A stretch of 64,000 nt of DNA from a virus. Lineage: Duplodnaviria > Caudoviricetes. Below are positions 48,301 through 57,897 of the stretch, one piece after another. Numbering within the stretch: position 1 is the first letter of the stretch; each line of letters starts with the position of its first letter. The notes below the pieces were generated by a model, which was not told the origin of the DNA, did no database searches, and was given only the letters and a program-made list of their open reading frames with translations. The position numbers were made by a program, and so were the translations under genes. The stretch lies in IMG/VR virus record IMGVR_UViG_3300042291_001013. One strand, 5' to 3'.

Positions 48301-51300
48301 ACAAGTTTGATTTTAATGTTTGGACACAGAGTGACTTTACTCAAACTGAAATAGGTCTGTTGCCAAACTTGGCCAACAAAGCAAATCAATTGGCCAACAG
48401 CTATGATATCAATCAAGCCAACCTTGAAGGCGACAATGACTTGCTCAGTTATGGCTTGACTGGATTTAGACCACGACAGTACATGTCTGCTTTGAATCTT
48501 GATGATGTAAGCCAGCTCAATGTGTATAGACAGTTCATTGGGGACAAAGGTTCTGTATTGTCAGCTGAATTGTTTAAATCAGCTAACCTGGGCAAAGAGT
48601 CTGCTGACTACGACATTTTTGAAAACTGGGCAGTTCAACGTGCTGTGTATGGCGCCAATGCCAACCGCAGTTTCTTTGAATTGCGTTTGAATCGTGCGCT
48701 ACTAAATCCAAACCCCAGTCTGATACAAGTGGTGATTCCACAACAACAAAGTTCAGCTGACCAACAAATTTTACTGAGTGCGGTGTGGAGACAAAGCTAC
48801 AAACTCACAAGCCCTGATATTCTGCCCACCACCATAGAATTGCCAACCGACATTGGTTTGCCCACAGCTGGGTATGTAAATCTTGATGATGCAGATATCA
48901 CAGTGTTTGACATCAACAATCCAGCCAGTCTCAATGCCAACATTGACAATATTGAAGTTGGTACCAGTATCTGGGTGGCCAAAGTCAACAGCTATGACTG
49001 GAACATCTATCGAGCACAGGCAGTGCCAGGAGTAATTCAGCACGTATGTGACAACTTGAATGGCACCAGCCGAGTAATTTTTAGTCAAAATCACGGACTT
49101 GTTGCGGGTAACAAACTGATTATCAAATTCTTTGACACTGAAATCAACGGTGTTTATCAAGTGCTGTCAGTGTCTAATCTAACCACAGTAAACATTAGCT
49201 TTAGATTCACTGGTAGTCGCACAGTGGCCAACGGATCTGGCCTGGGATATACTTTGCAAACCATGAGGGTATCACAAGCCAGTGACGTTATTAACTTGCC
49301 TTACGCAAATAACATTTTGCCAGGTGCTAAAGTCTGGGTTGATGACAACGGTCAAGGTTTGTGGGAAGTTCTTGAAAAGAACGAAGTATTTTCAGATGTC
49401 ACAAGCCTAAGTCCAATACTGCTAGACGCAGGCGAACAGTATGGCTCAAGTGTGGCACAGGCACAGAATAGATTGGCTGCCTTGGTTGGTAGTCCACGTT
49501 ACGGTTTTGGCAATGTGTCAGATCCCGAGCTTGCTCAAGGTGCATTGTACCTATACGTTAAAGCCTACACTGATCAATATCAACCAGTGACTCCGTTGGG
49601 AAATACTGACGCTGTATTCAAACTTGATGCTACTGGCATTCGTGGTTATGGCAATGCTGTGGACTTTGGGAATCAAGCCTGGGCTATTGCTGGAGCCAGC
49701 AACAGTACTGACCAACTCAGCATGTCAATCATTGCCGCAAGTGGCGATGGGTCAACAGTCACAATCACATTCCCTACAATGACCAGTGCACCTTTTAGCA
49801 TTGGCGATTCAGTAGTGATTACTGGGGTTAATCCAGACAGTTACAACGGCACTTGGACACTGACCAACTGCACTTCTAGCCAGTTGCAATTTGCTAGTAC
49901 CAACACCAACATTTACTTGTCGGGCGGCAAAATCACACAAAACAGCAACTACAGCACACAAGTTGGTACTGCCTGTGTTATCTATCGAGATCCTGCACTG
50001 GGTCAGCCTGGCGCAGTGCCTTTCGCACAGTGGCAATTGTTGACACCACCTGCTGTAACCAGTCCATTTGGAGCACCTGGCACTAGAGAATTTGGCTACA
50101 GCGTGGCCATGAGTCTTGATGAACGTTGGGCTTATGTAGGATCACCTGCCACAAACGAAGTTCATGCTTATGGACGAGTTGATTATGAAAATCAATTTGC
50201 TCGAGCACGTGGAGATGGTGTAACTAAAACCTACAACATTGCTGATCGAATTCAAATCAATGCTTCAACACAGCTCAAGATCACAATTGATGGAACTATA
50301 CAAACCCTAGGAACCAACTATACTGTTGCACCATCCCTTGGCTCAGTGACATTTACAATTGCCCCGCCTGCTGACACGCTGATAGATATTCAACGAATTT
50401 TCACGCAACAGCTTGACGCACAAAACTATTATGATGTGATTCAAAGCGCAACCTCAGGTTCAGGCACTGGCGCCAAGTTTACTATTGTGCGTGTGCGTGG
50501 CCAAGTGGGCCAAACTCCTGGCGGCGAAGGCAGCGTGGGTACTACCAGTTTGGGTTCAGGATATGCAGTAAATGACACTATTGATATTGCGGCATCAACA
50601 TTTGGTGGCGGCTCAAGTCCAGCAAACGACATTGTGCTTACAGTGTTGACTGTGGGCACTGGCGGTGCGTTGGGATTATTCTCAATTGCTTACACAGCCC
50701 CCACATTGACCAGCACATTCTCATTAAACGAGTATTTCTTTACAGCAACAACAATCAACAGTTTCAGCGTCACAGTTGATGATGCGTTACAAAGACCAAA
50801 TCTTGACTACACATTCAACACCACAACTGACGATTTACGATTTGAAAATGTTCCGCCTGCTGGTTCTGTGATTATTGTCAACGCTCAGGGCTACTTTGAA
50901 TATGTGTCCACGATTGACACTTCTGACGTACCTGGTGGATTGGTAGCAGGTGATAGATTTGGCGAAAGCATTGCTATAACCACAGACGGGCGACAGATCA
51001 TGGTTGGTGCTCCTGATAGTGGTATCAATGGTGAAACTGAGTCTGGTGCAGTGTACATTTTTGATCGAAACGTACAGAAGTTTATCTACAATTCAGATAA
51101 TTCCACAATTTCTGGTTATGAATTTACCTTGCTTGGTACCCCAGTTGGTCCTATCAGTGTGATAGTAAACAATGTGTTCTTGCAAAATGAATACACAACA
51201 CTTCCAAGTGCTCCTAACACGTTTGAGTGGAACGGTGCAAACACAGTAACAATTAATGCAGAGCTACAAACTGGTGACATAGTTGAAATTGAAACTAATC

Positions 51301-54300
51301 AATTTAGATTTGTGCAACGAGTAGATCAAGAAACTGCGGCTGAGTTTTCCAACTTTGGTCAAGCTGTTGACATTTGCCCGTACAACTGTAGTCTCTATGT
51401 TGGTGAACCCAACAGCAGTGTACAAGTATTCAAGGGTGGTATTGTTGAACGCAATGTAAACCAAAGCCGTATCTATGGTACGACCACTGCTACAACTGCT
51501 AACCCAACATTAGCGGCGGCCAGCACAATTCGTGTCAATGACATGGATGTATTGGTACCCGGCAGCTGGTCTAGTGCCAGCACTTATCCAGTTAACACTG
51601 TGGTAACCAATACTGTTGGCAGTACAACAACTATCTATCTAAGTTTGCAAGCAGTTCCTGCACTGACTTTGATTACCAACACTTCGTACTGGCAAGTAAT
51701 TACATCAACCACGGTACTTGCCAGCGTAAATGTGCGAGCACTTGCCGCGCAGATCAATGTGTCTGTGCCAAACGTTAGTGCCACAGTTGATGTCAACGGA
51801 TACATGACTATTGCAGTCAAGAACAATGATGCGGCAGCTGAATTTAACAAAGTACAAGTTGCTCCTGGGTCAGGTTCAGGAACATCATTCAATAATCTAG
51901 GGTTTGAAACATTTGTTTGGACACAAAATATTTTAAGCCCGTACCCTGTTGATTATGCACAGTTTGGCGGCAGCGTCAGCATTGATGATTCAGCAGTGAA
52001 TCTTGTGGTAGGTGCGCCCAATGGTACCTTGTATCTAGAAACTGTGTTTGACGATGGTACAACATTCTTTGATTCTGGCAGTACCATATTCTTTACAATT
52101 ATTGTACAGAGTGGTGCCGCATACACGTTTGATTATTTGCCAAGTTCTAGTTTGGTAGTGACTAACCCAGGCAAATTTGTATTTGGACAACAGGTCAGCA
52201 ACAGTGAAGTACAATCGTTAGACTCATTTGGTGTGGCAGTAAATTACACTGGTGGTGTGCTCATGGTGGGCGCACCCAAGAACGATGTTGGTGATTCAAC
52301 TTCAGCGTTTGGTGCTGTATTTGTGTTTGAAAACCCCAATCGTTTACCTGCTTGGACAATACAAACAATAGAACAACCAGTAGTGGATGTGCGGTTGTTG
52401 AACTCGGTATTCTTGTATGATAGAATTTCCAGTGCAGTTACTGAACACCTGGATTGGCTCAACCCGTTACAAGGCAAAATACTAGGCGCCGCAAGACAAA
52501 ACATTGACTATATTGGTGCTGTAGATCCTGCCAGTTACAATGTTGGTCCTCTCAACGTTAGAGGCACAACTTGGGTTGGTGGCCACCTGGGAGAAATTTG
52601 GTGGGACACTAGTTCTGTAAGATTTATTGACCCCAATCAAGACGACATTACCTATGCGGCTCGACGTTGGAGCCAAGTGTTCCCTGGCAGCGAAATTGAT
52701 GTCTATCAATGGATTGTAAGTTCAGTACCACCGGCGCAATACATTGGCGAAGGCGTGATTAAAGATACGCTGAGCTACGTTGTAAATTCTCGCTTGACCA
52801 AAGATGGCACCATTGCTACCGATTACTATTTCTGGGTTCGTGGTATTACTGTGACTGCAACAGCACTGGGCAAAACATTGCCAGCATCTACTGTTGCCAA
52901 CTATATTGAAAACCCAAGAGCCAGTGGAATACCTTATGTTGCACCAATCAATGCCAGCACAATTGCTATCTATAATTCGGGTGATTACATTGAAGCTCAA
53001 GATACAATTATTCACATTGAATTTGATCGTGAACTTACCAATGATAATGTACACGTTGAATATGAACTGATCCCACAAGATCGTGCTGATGGCTTCTTGA
53101 GTGGCAATCTTTACCGCAAACTGCAAGACAGTTTCTGCGGTGTTGACAGTTTTGGTAACCTTGTACCTGACCCTAATCTCAGCATAGCTGAACGTTATGG
53201 CGTACAGTTCCGTCCACGTCAATCTATGTTTGTGGATCGATTTGCGGCTCTTAAAAACTACCTGAATCGATGCAATACTGTGTTGGCACAGTATACCATT
53301 GCTGAAAGCCGCAGTTTTAATTTGCTTAACAGTGCAGAGCCAGAACCAGGATCTAGTACTGGCTTGTGGAACTTGCGTGTGGCCAACTTGGAAATCTTGG
53401 GATTCCAGAATATCTATACAGTGCCCTTGGGTTATCGATATCTTGTGGTCACTGACAGTAGCAACCGTGGTTTGTGGACAATCTACACTGTAGAAAACAG
53501 TGACCAAATCCCAGGTGAACGAGCGTTGATTCTAACACGAGTTCAGGGTTACAATACCCCAGACTACTGGAGTTACATTGATTGGTATCGCCCTGGGTAC
53601 AATTCCAGCACCAAGGTCATTACGGAAGTTCCAGTATTCAGCTCATTGACCACACTGGAAGTTGCTGTTGGCAGCAGTGTCAAAGTCACAGCCAATGCTC
53701 AAGGCAAGTGGGAAATTTACCTGCGCACTGATCTTGGTTATGAACGTGTGGGCTTGCAAGATGGGACCATAGAGTTTTCTGCAGAGCTTCATGATTATGC
53801 TCTGGGACGTTTTGGTTTTGACGTTGAAGTTTTTGACGCTCAATACTATGACCAAGAGCCTGTGATTGAAACACGCAAAGTTATCCAGGCCATCAACGAA
53901 GAATTGTTTGTTGACGACCTGGCAATTCAACGCAACAAAGCCCTGGTGCTGATGTTTAACTATGTGTTGAGTGAATTCTCAGCGCCAGAATGGTTGGTCA
54001 AGACCAGTCTGATTGACGTTGATCATAGAATTCGTGATTTGGTTCCGTACCAAAACTACGTGCGTGATAACCAAGAATTTGTGTCAGACTATATTCAAGA
54101 AGTCAAGCCTTATCACGTGAGTGTGCGCGAGTTCAACTTGAAATACACTGGCTTTGATGAATTCTTTGGCGACATGAGTGACTTTGATGTGCCAGCATAC
54201 TATGATGTTTCTTTAGAAGTTCCGCAGTATGTGAGCCCAATTTTGTTACCATACTATCACAGTGACAGCTTTAATGCGGCGTTTAACACCAAGAGCGACG

Positions 54301-57300
54301 TTCCTGCCAACAGTACAGTATGGACATCATGGCCATGGAGTCAATGGTATAACAATTATTTGTTAACACTTGACGACATTAGAATGATTGAATTTGGTGT
54401 TGGGTATACTGAAGCACCTCAAGTGGTTATCACTGGCTCGGCTACTGTGCCTGCCACGGCTGTGGCAGTGATCAACAGCGTAGGACAAGTGGTAGCAATC
54501 AACATTGTTGACGCAGGCTCTGGCTATAATGCAACGCCAACTGTGACATTTAACGGTGGTAACGGTTCAGGCGCCAAGGCCTATCCTATCATGAACTATG
54601 ATGCGGTAACTGACACACCCACTGGTCTAGTGCGTAGCTTTAAAACTGTGATCAAGTATGACCGATTCCAGTATGTCAGCAGTGTGCTTACATGGAGTCC
54701 TGATGGCACCTATCAAGACGGTACCTTGGTTCGTTACGAAGATCGTGTGTGGCAAGCGTCAAGCCCAGATTCAACCGCAGTGGTTGGACCTGATTTTAAT
54801 CTAGAAGACTGGACCCCAGTCAACGCTGGAACCTACAACAACGGCCTGGGACTAACTGGTGTTGATCGTACCATGGGCTTGTATGTTGCAGGGGTGAACA
54901 ACCCCGGGCTTGAATTGCCTTTGTTGATTGATGGCGTTGACTATCCGGGTGTGCAAGTGTATGGTGATTACTTCCTTGGCAATCCCACATTTGTAGACGC
55001 AGAATACACAAGCGAATTTACAGACGCTACCTTGGGTGATCGATTCAGCGACATCAACGCAGACGGTGGCCAGTTTATTGGTCCTTACGAAGGACATGCA
55101 CCAGAAGAACTGGTAAACGGATCAGAATACGACACCTTGGATTTCCGAGTGTACACACGCCCAGGCTCAGATTGGAGCTTTGATGGACATGGATTCCAAC
55201 TGGGAAGTCGTCGATTCATCTTTACTCCTGCGTTGACCAGCACATTTAGTTGGGCTGACGTGGTTGATCGTCCTGTGGAAATTGTTGTTAGCAATCAAAC
55301 ACAAGGCGTTGATTTAAGAAAAAATATTGACTACAGTGTTGACTACAACGAACAAACAATCACCATCAACACTGGTGTAGCCGATGGTGAAATTATCAAT
55401 ATCACAGTTTACGAATTGGGTGGCGGTAGCCAACTGTTTAGAAACAACTACAACGGTGGTGATGTTGGAGACAGCGTTGTAATTCCAGTAAACAGTGTAG
55501 AAATAACTGACATTGCAGTGTTCTCAAATGGCGAGTTAACCACTGGCATTAGTTGGGAACCCTATGTTGACAGTGTGACCTGGGACATTGTTGATCCCTA
55601 CAGCAAATTTGACACAGTGAAATCCACAGCGGCATTTGCCGGATCAGTGACTGGAACAACATTGACCGTTACCGCAGTGACTTCAGGAACAGTGATAGCT
55701 GGACAATTCATCACAGGTGCTTATGTAGAATCCAACACATTTGTTGTTGATCAAATTGAGCCATTGTTGTTTGGTGAAACCCTGGGCGGCATAGGACGAT
55801 ACAATGTAACAGTATCTCAAACTGGATTCCCAGGCAACATTGTGGGTGCTAGTTTCTATCGTGCGCTTCAAAATGTGCCAGCTGGTACCAATATTACTGA
55901 AACTTTGTATTGGTTTAAATTTGTACCAACACTACAAACTCTTGTGAATTTTGGAACAACCTATACTGGCGCTGAAGGCTTGGCCTTGGTGGCATTTAGT
56001 CTTACCACTGTGAGTGCTGGGAACTTTGCTGTTGGCAACACCTACACTATTGCGTCACTTGGCACAACAAATTTCACAGCAATTGGCGCGGCATCAAACA
56101 CCGTGGGCACACAATTTACAGCTACTGGTGTTGGCACAGGCTCTGGCACAGCAACATATGATTACAGTTGGAGTACCCCGCAGGTACAATATTTTGTGGT
56201 TGATAACAACACAGTGTCAACCAAGACTTTTATCTTGACCAACAGTTTGCAAGGGTCAAACAACGCCAACATGATTGTCACAAGAAATGGCTTGCGACTA
56301 CGCCCATACGAAGGAATTGAGTGGTTTGGTGACGGATCCAGTACCGAGTTTGGATTGCCGCAACGTGGTGGTTTTGGCCAAGACATTATTGATGCACCCA
56401 ACGATATATTTGTTTGGGTTGATAATGTATTGCAACCACAGAGTTTTGGTGCACAATCAGGCACCTACAGTGTCAGCAATTATACTGGTTCCAACACTCC
56501 TGGTCGTCAGGTGGTGTTTAACGATCCTCCGCCAGCAGGTGTAAGAATCTTGATTTCGGTTGATACCCAAGCTGACTATACCATAATAAGCAATCAATTA
56601 CAAATCATTACCTCAGTTAACGTAGGCGACAGCATTGCAGTTACCACATGGAACGATACTGCGCAACAGGCTCCGTTGACTTTGGTATTCCAAGGTCCAA
56701 TTGTTACTGGTGTAACTGTTGCTGAAGGTTACGACAGCACAGTATTTGATGCGGCAGCTATTTCAGAAACGCCAGGATCATTTGACTTCTCAACAGGTAC
56801 TGCGGTGGCTAACAATGACTTCTGGCTTGAACGTGCTGGGGTTGAGGCCAGCAGACTTTGGGTAACACTGGATGGTCAACGACTGTTTGAAGGTCAAGAC
56901 TTTGTGGTTGCCGGTGAGTATCTTGAGCTCAGTAGCGGCGCTATTGGCACCTTACAAATTCTAGCAGTTACTGAATTTACCAGCAGCCTAGTTCCAGAAG
57001 CCATGGCATTCCGCATATTCCAAGACATGCGCGGCGTGCAAGCCACCTATAGAATCACTGCGGCCACTAGTACATTTGTGGCGCAACCTATTGGTCAAAC
57101 TGACAGTGTGATCTACGTAGACGACGTAAGAAAACTCAGTGAACCAGCTCTTGACGTTGGTATTTTTGGTGTGGTTACAATCAACGGTGAACGCATCATG
57201 TACCGCACTGTAAATTATGACAACAATTCTATCACTGGACTGTTGCGTGGAACTGCTGGTACTGCGGCTGCTGATCATGACGTGGGCACAGACGTATACG

Positions 57301-57728
57301 ATACTGGACGCGGAAACTTGTTGCCAGAGCAGTATCAAGACTATGTGGTCAAAGACAACAGCATGGGCGATGGTACAACCACTGTGTTCTACGCTCCAAG
57401 TATTGTGTTTGAAGATTTCTTGGACTCCAGCAGTGAGCGTCCTGCAATTGAAGTTTATGTGGGCGGCACCCGTCAATACGCTTATAGTGATACTAGCGCA
57501 ACTTCAAAGTATCGATATTTTGTAACTGACTTTGACCCACTGGCGGTGGACTTTATTGTGGATAACAATGTAATACCTCCACTCACAGCCCCAGCAGCCG
57601 GCGAAGAAGTAACGATCTTGGTACGTCAAGGAATCAGCTGGTATCAGCCAGGACTAACCACTGCTAGCGACGGTATTGCCCTGCAAGATACAGAAACGTT
57701 CCAGGCAAGGTTCTTGCGTGGTCTATAA
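42321..57728 (+). CDS. Giant virion structural protein (5135 aa), probable gp7-like wedge fused to multi-domain fibre/adhesin modules
   Basis: 15.4-kb uninterrupted ORF coupled to gp6 by TAATG; FG-GAP-like, CBM5/12-like and GDG.T..F beta modules; HVSVREF-type motif in the C-terminal third. Confidence 0.75.
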   Translation: MATVRSVDFLPEIFQTDANKQFLRATLDQLIQEPKFKKTQGFIGRTVGPGVNPNDKYVVEPTDTRANYQLEPGVISLVPDTDTIQNAITYPGLNDAIGFQGGNNGRPDRLYESEYYSWDPFVDFDSFVNFSQYFWLPNGPEVVDVAATGVATSDNFIVDRENGVYTFSGVAGENPIIELVRGGSYTFQVAQNNKETVNYRVRNQGISSYVIDFQNNPTLTLSRGNTYVFNLTLNGDFPFWIKTAPVTGLGSPYNSGVSRNGAVTGLVTFTVPQDAPDTLYYISQTQSNMQGELNIVDGVPGTGPGFWIQAAPGVSGLIPTTPNISSRDVFGVTGNGEDLGTIVFNVPSKTAQSFYYDLNPITSIDLITGLKFDEINNQPVDQFILQYGGIDGITNLNGRTLIFTNPLTDDTDGGWLRTTLFDPLEPGAANNGLAGSFDSLPYDQTLIIEPEQRYQRWQISYVNVAGTNYLYCSKIADIAPLDKFNIGYGNTYSNTQWYKDATGTFKQVPLLTAVQDTLYYQDGTDPEIFGTIKLLEQTGASTLFVDQILGRKTYTSPNGVEFSNGLKVRFTSDVSPASYGSGTTSITYTETESGTNYITSNSSNNLYVGEQIVFNSPSLGGLLPGQTYYVRSIAASGLKFTVSTVDGGPAVSLLTGTGTAFATSISNVEYYVSGVGTSIELLPVRDFTTPETYVVDAFDSTIATEPDQLDYLTISRASKDLNAWTRSNRWFHIDVINATADYNNSVAVLDNNYRAKRPVIQFRPGIRLWNMGTSGKAPVDIIDFDETDAFSNIEGSTSYSTDGYTFVEGTRVIFAADTDADVRDKIYIVSFVTPDTVAPLIAQPIIVLTLAADGLISLDQSTVCLYGNSLQGLTFWYDGTEWTQAQQKTGVQQAPLFNVYDPQSVSFGDGTKYQSTTFAGSKLFSYAVGDSSILDPVLQFPLQYLNINNVGDIVFVNNLYNDTFLYVVDNVSVTSDISSGSVREYTTRETYQKLLGWQTAISDSKVYQQFKFSYSGTTLKLDVSVLNQVTSAVPVIKVYFGSEFQDPGTYTYITTSNSTTITLNGTYVLGDIIEVLALSNQTSQAAFYQVPNNLESNPLNANSPNFTLGTIRQHYQSICENLLTLRGPVNGANNTRDLGDIIPYGLTILQQSSPLTLAGYFMRSQDYNIFAALQYNSQEYLKFKAQMLDSVISQNIGFNSTAQILDTAIQNITLGKLDSQPFYWGDMIPQGVTTYSNSYTVSFITRPTFDTVQVYNFESANYLGLCVYINDVILVRGVDYDVATDGPRLTITRTLNLGDIVLINEYSETYGAFVPNTPTKMGLYPAYIPVITDQVTSTGTETVIIGHDGSVTKAFGDLRDEVLLEFEKRVYSNLKLDGNPVPITIEEVLPGEFRETGFTFEEINTIFAQDLLSYCGWNKLDYKTQNFSANNEFTWNYSTATNKLNNENLLGAWRGIYRYFYDTQQPSLSPWEMLGLAEKPLWWEGRYGTAPYTSDNLVLWDDLEAGYVADPVAPFYRPEYARPGLTKVIPVDDQGNLVSPFVSVVSNYQENQFQKSWAIGDGGPVEASWWNSSAYPFSVMHVLAVTRPAKFFALFADRDRYKYNEDYQQYLYDNRYRLDANGVQVYGNGVSKASFMDWIVDFNRQTGINSTDALQADLKSLDVRLCYRMASFSDKQYIKLYTEKSSPNSTNTALQIPDESYNVLLYKNQPFDRVIYSSVAVQKVAGGYAVFGYGNSQPYFNILESKAVGKMQTITTSGITIKVPTFYTDNVVQVPYGFIFTNATSVADFLLSYGQFLQRQGLAFTNIANGYVLDWGRMVNEFLYWTAQGWGEDAIINLNPLAAGLDITRPQAIVDSVNAETTENLILDQNSREISSRNLNVVRLGNYFSIQPLSTQSLSYIDLRYTNYEHMIVLDNQSVFGDLIYDPITGARQSRLNLIAATSDEWNGSVDAPGFILNQDNVEEWTGLRTYTKGEIVKYKNVYWSALTIVQPTDKFDFNVWTQSDFTQTEIGLLPNLANKANQLANSYDINQANLEGDNDLLSYGLTGFRPRQYMSALNLDDVSQLNVYRQFIGDKGSVLSAELFKSANLGKESADYDIFENWAVQRAVYGANANRSFFELRLNRALLNPNPSLIQVVIPQQQSSADQQILLSAVWRQSYKLTSPDILPTTIELPTDIGLPTAGYVNLDDADITVFDINNPASLNANIDNIEVGTSIWVAKVNSYDWNIYRAQAVPGVIQHVCDNLNGTSRVIFSQNHGLVAGNKLIIKFFDTEINGVYQVLSVSNLTTVNISFRFTGSRTVANGSGLGYTLQTMRVSQASDVINLPYANNILPGAKVWVDDNGQGLWEVLEKNEVFSDVTSLSPILLDAGEQYGSSVAQAQNRLAALVGSPRYGFGNVSDPELAQGALYLYVKAYTDQYQPVTPLGNTDAVFKLDATGIRGYGNAVDFGNQAWAIAGASNSTDQLSMSIIAASGDGSTVTITFPTMTSAPFSIGDSVVITGVNPDSYNGTWTLTNCTSSQLQFASTNTNIYLSGGKITQNSNYSTQVGTACVIYRDPALGQPGAVPFAQWQLLTPPAVTSPFGAPGTREFGYSVAMSLDERWAYVGSPATNEVHAYGRVDYENQFARARGDGVTKTYNIADRIQINASTQLKITIDGTIQTLGTNYTVAPSLGSVTFTIAPPADTLIDIQRIFTQQLDAQNYYDVIQSATSGSGTGAKFTIVRVRGQVGQTPGGEGSVGTTSLGSGYAVNDTIDIAASTFGGGSSPANDIVLTVLTVGTGGALGLFSIAYTAPTLTSTFSLNEYFFTATTINSFSVTVDDALQRPNLDYTFNTTTDDLRFENVPPAGSVIIVNAQGYFEYVSTIDTSDVPGGLVAGDRFGESIAITTDGRQIMVGAPDSGINGETESGAVYIFDRNVQKFIYNSDNSTISGYEFTLLGTPVGPISVIVNNVFLQNEYTTLPSAPNTFEWNGANTVTINAELQTGDIVEIETNQFRFVQRVDQETAAEFSNFGQAVDICPYNCSLYVGEPNSSVQVFKGGIVERNVNQSRIYGTTTATTANPTLAAASTIRVNDMDVLVPGSWSSASTYPVNTVVTNTVGSTTTIYLSLQAVPALTLITNTSYWQVITSTTVLASVNVRALAAQINVSVPNVSATVDVNGYMTIAVKNNDAAAEFNKVQVAPGSGSGTSFNNLGFETFVWTQNILSPYPVDYAQFGGSVSIDDSAVNLVVGAPNGTLYLETVFDDGTTFFDSGSTIFFTIIVQSGAAYTFDYLPSSSLVVTNPGKFVFGQQVSNSEVQSLDSFGVAVNYTGGVLMVGAPKNDVGDSTSAFGAVFVFENPNRLPAWTIQTIEQPVVDVRLLNSVFLYDRISSAVTEHLDWLNPLQGKILGAARQNIDYIGAVDPASYNVGPLNVRGTTWVGGHLGEIWWDTSSVRFIDPNQDDITYAARRWSQVFPGSEIDVYQWIVSSVPPAQYIGEGVIKDTLSYVVNSRLTKDGTIATDYYFWVRGITVTATALGKTLPASTVANYIENPRASGIPYVAPINASTIAIYNSGDYIEAQDTIIHIEFDRELTNDNVHVEYELIPQDRADGFLSGNLYRKLQDSFCGVDSFGNLVPDPNLSIAERYGVQFRPRQSMFVDRFAALKNYLNRCNTVLAQYTIAESRSFNLLNSAEPEPGSSTGLWNLRVANLEILGFQNIYTVPLGYRYLVVTDSSNRGLWTIYTVENSDQIPGERALILTRVQGYNTPDYWSYIDWYRPGYNSSTKVITEVPVFSSLTTLEVAVGSSVKVTANAQGKWEIYLRTDLGYERVGLQDGTIEFSAELHDYALGRFGFDVEVFDAQYYDQEPVIETRKVIQAINEELFVDDLAIQRNKALVLMFNYVLSEFSAPEWLVKTSLIDVDHRIRDLVPYQNYVRDNQEFVSDYIQEVKPYHVSVREFNLKYTGFDEFFGDMSDFDVPAYYDVSLEVPQYVSPILLPYYHSDSFNAAFNTKSDVPANSTVWTSWPWSQWYNNYLLTLDDIRMIEFGVGYTEAPQVVITGSATVPATAVAVINSVGQVVAINIVDAGSGYNATPTVTFNGGNGSGAKAYPIMNYDAVTDTPTGLVRSFKTVIKYDRFQYVSSVLTWSPDGTYQDGTLVRYEDRVWQASSPDSTAVVGPDFNLEDWTPVNAGTYNNGLGLTGVDRTMGLYVAGVNNPGLELPLLIDGVDYPGVQVYGDYFLGNPTFVDAEYTSEFTDATLGDRFSDINADGGQFIGPYEGHAPEELVNGSEYDTLDFRVYTRPGSDWSFDGHGFQLGSRRFIFTPALTSTFSWADVVDRPVEIVVSNQTQGVDLRKNIDYSVDYNEQTITINTGVADGEIINITVYELGGGSQLFRNNYNGGDVGDSVVIPVNSVEITDIAVFSNGELTTGISWEPYVDSVTWDIVDPYSKFDTVKSTAAFAGSVTGTTLTVTAVTSGTVIAGQFITGAYVESNTFVVDQIEPLLFGETLGGIGRYNVTVSQTGFPGNIVGASFYRALQNVPAGTNITETLYWFKFVPTLQTLVNFGTTYTGAEGLALVAFSLTTVSAGNFAVGNTYTIASLGTTNFTAIGAASNTVGTQFTATGVGTGSGTATYDYSWSTPQVQYFVVDNNTVSTKTFILTNSLQGSNNANMIVTRNGLRLRPYEGIEWFGDGSSTEFGLPQRGGFGQDIIDAPNDIFVWVDNVLQPQSFGAQSGTYSVSNYTGSNTPGRQVVFNDPPPAGVRILISVDTQADYTIISNQLQIITSVNVGDSIAVTTWNDTAQQAPLTLVFQGPIVTGVTVAEGYDSTVFDAAAISETPGSFDFSTGTAVANNDFWLERAGVEASRLWVTLDGQRLFEGQDFVVAGEYLELSSGAIGTLQILAVTEFTSSLVPEAMAFRIFQDMRGVQATYRITAATSTFVAQPIGQTDSVIYVDDVRKLSEPALDVGIFGVVTINGERIMYRTVNYDNNSITGLLRGTAGTAAADHDVGTDVYDTGRGNLLPEQYQDYVVKDNSMGDGTTTVFYAPSIVFEDFLDSSSERPAIEVYVGGTRQYAYSDTSATSKYRYFVTDFDPLAVDFIVDNNVIPPLTAPAAGEEVTILVRQGISWYQPGLTTASDGIALQDTETFQARFLRGL

Positions 57729-57747
57729 CCTAGGTAAATAAAATATC

Positions 57748-57897
57748 ATGTCAACTACCCCGCAAAAACAGACCGCACAACCCGCCCCACAGGCCAAACC
57801 GCGCCGACCCAACGAAACTGGGTCGATCAGCGTACAAGCTCACATGCGTATTTTTGATCCAAAAACACAGAAAACATACGTGGAGGGACGAGCATGA
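57748..57897 (+). CDS. 49-aa micro-protein absent from the ORF track
   Basis: TAAATA at 57735-57740 just upstream; MSTTPQKQTAQPAPQAKPRRPNETGSISVQAHMRIFDPKTQKTYVEGRA; ATGA overlap with the next gene. Confidence 0.7.
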   Translation: MSTTPQKQTAQPAPQAKPRRPNETGSISVQAHMRIFDPKTQKTYVEGRA

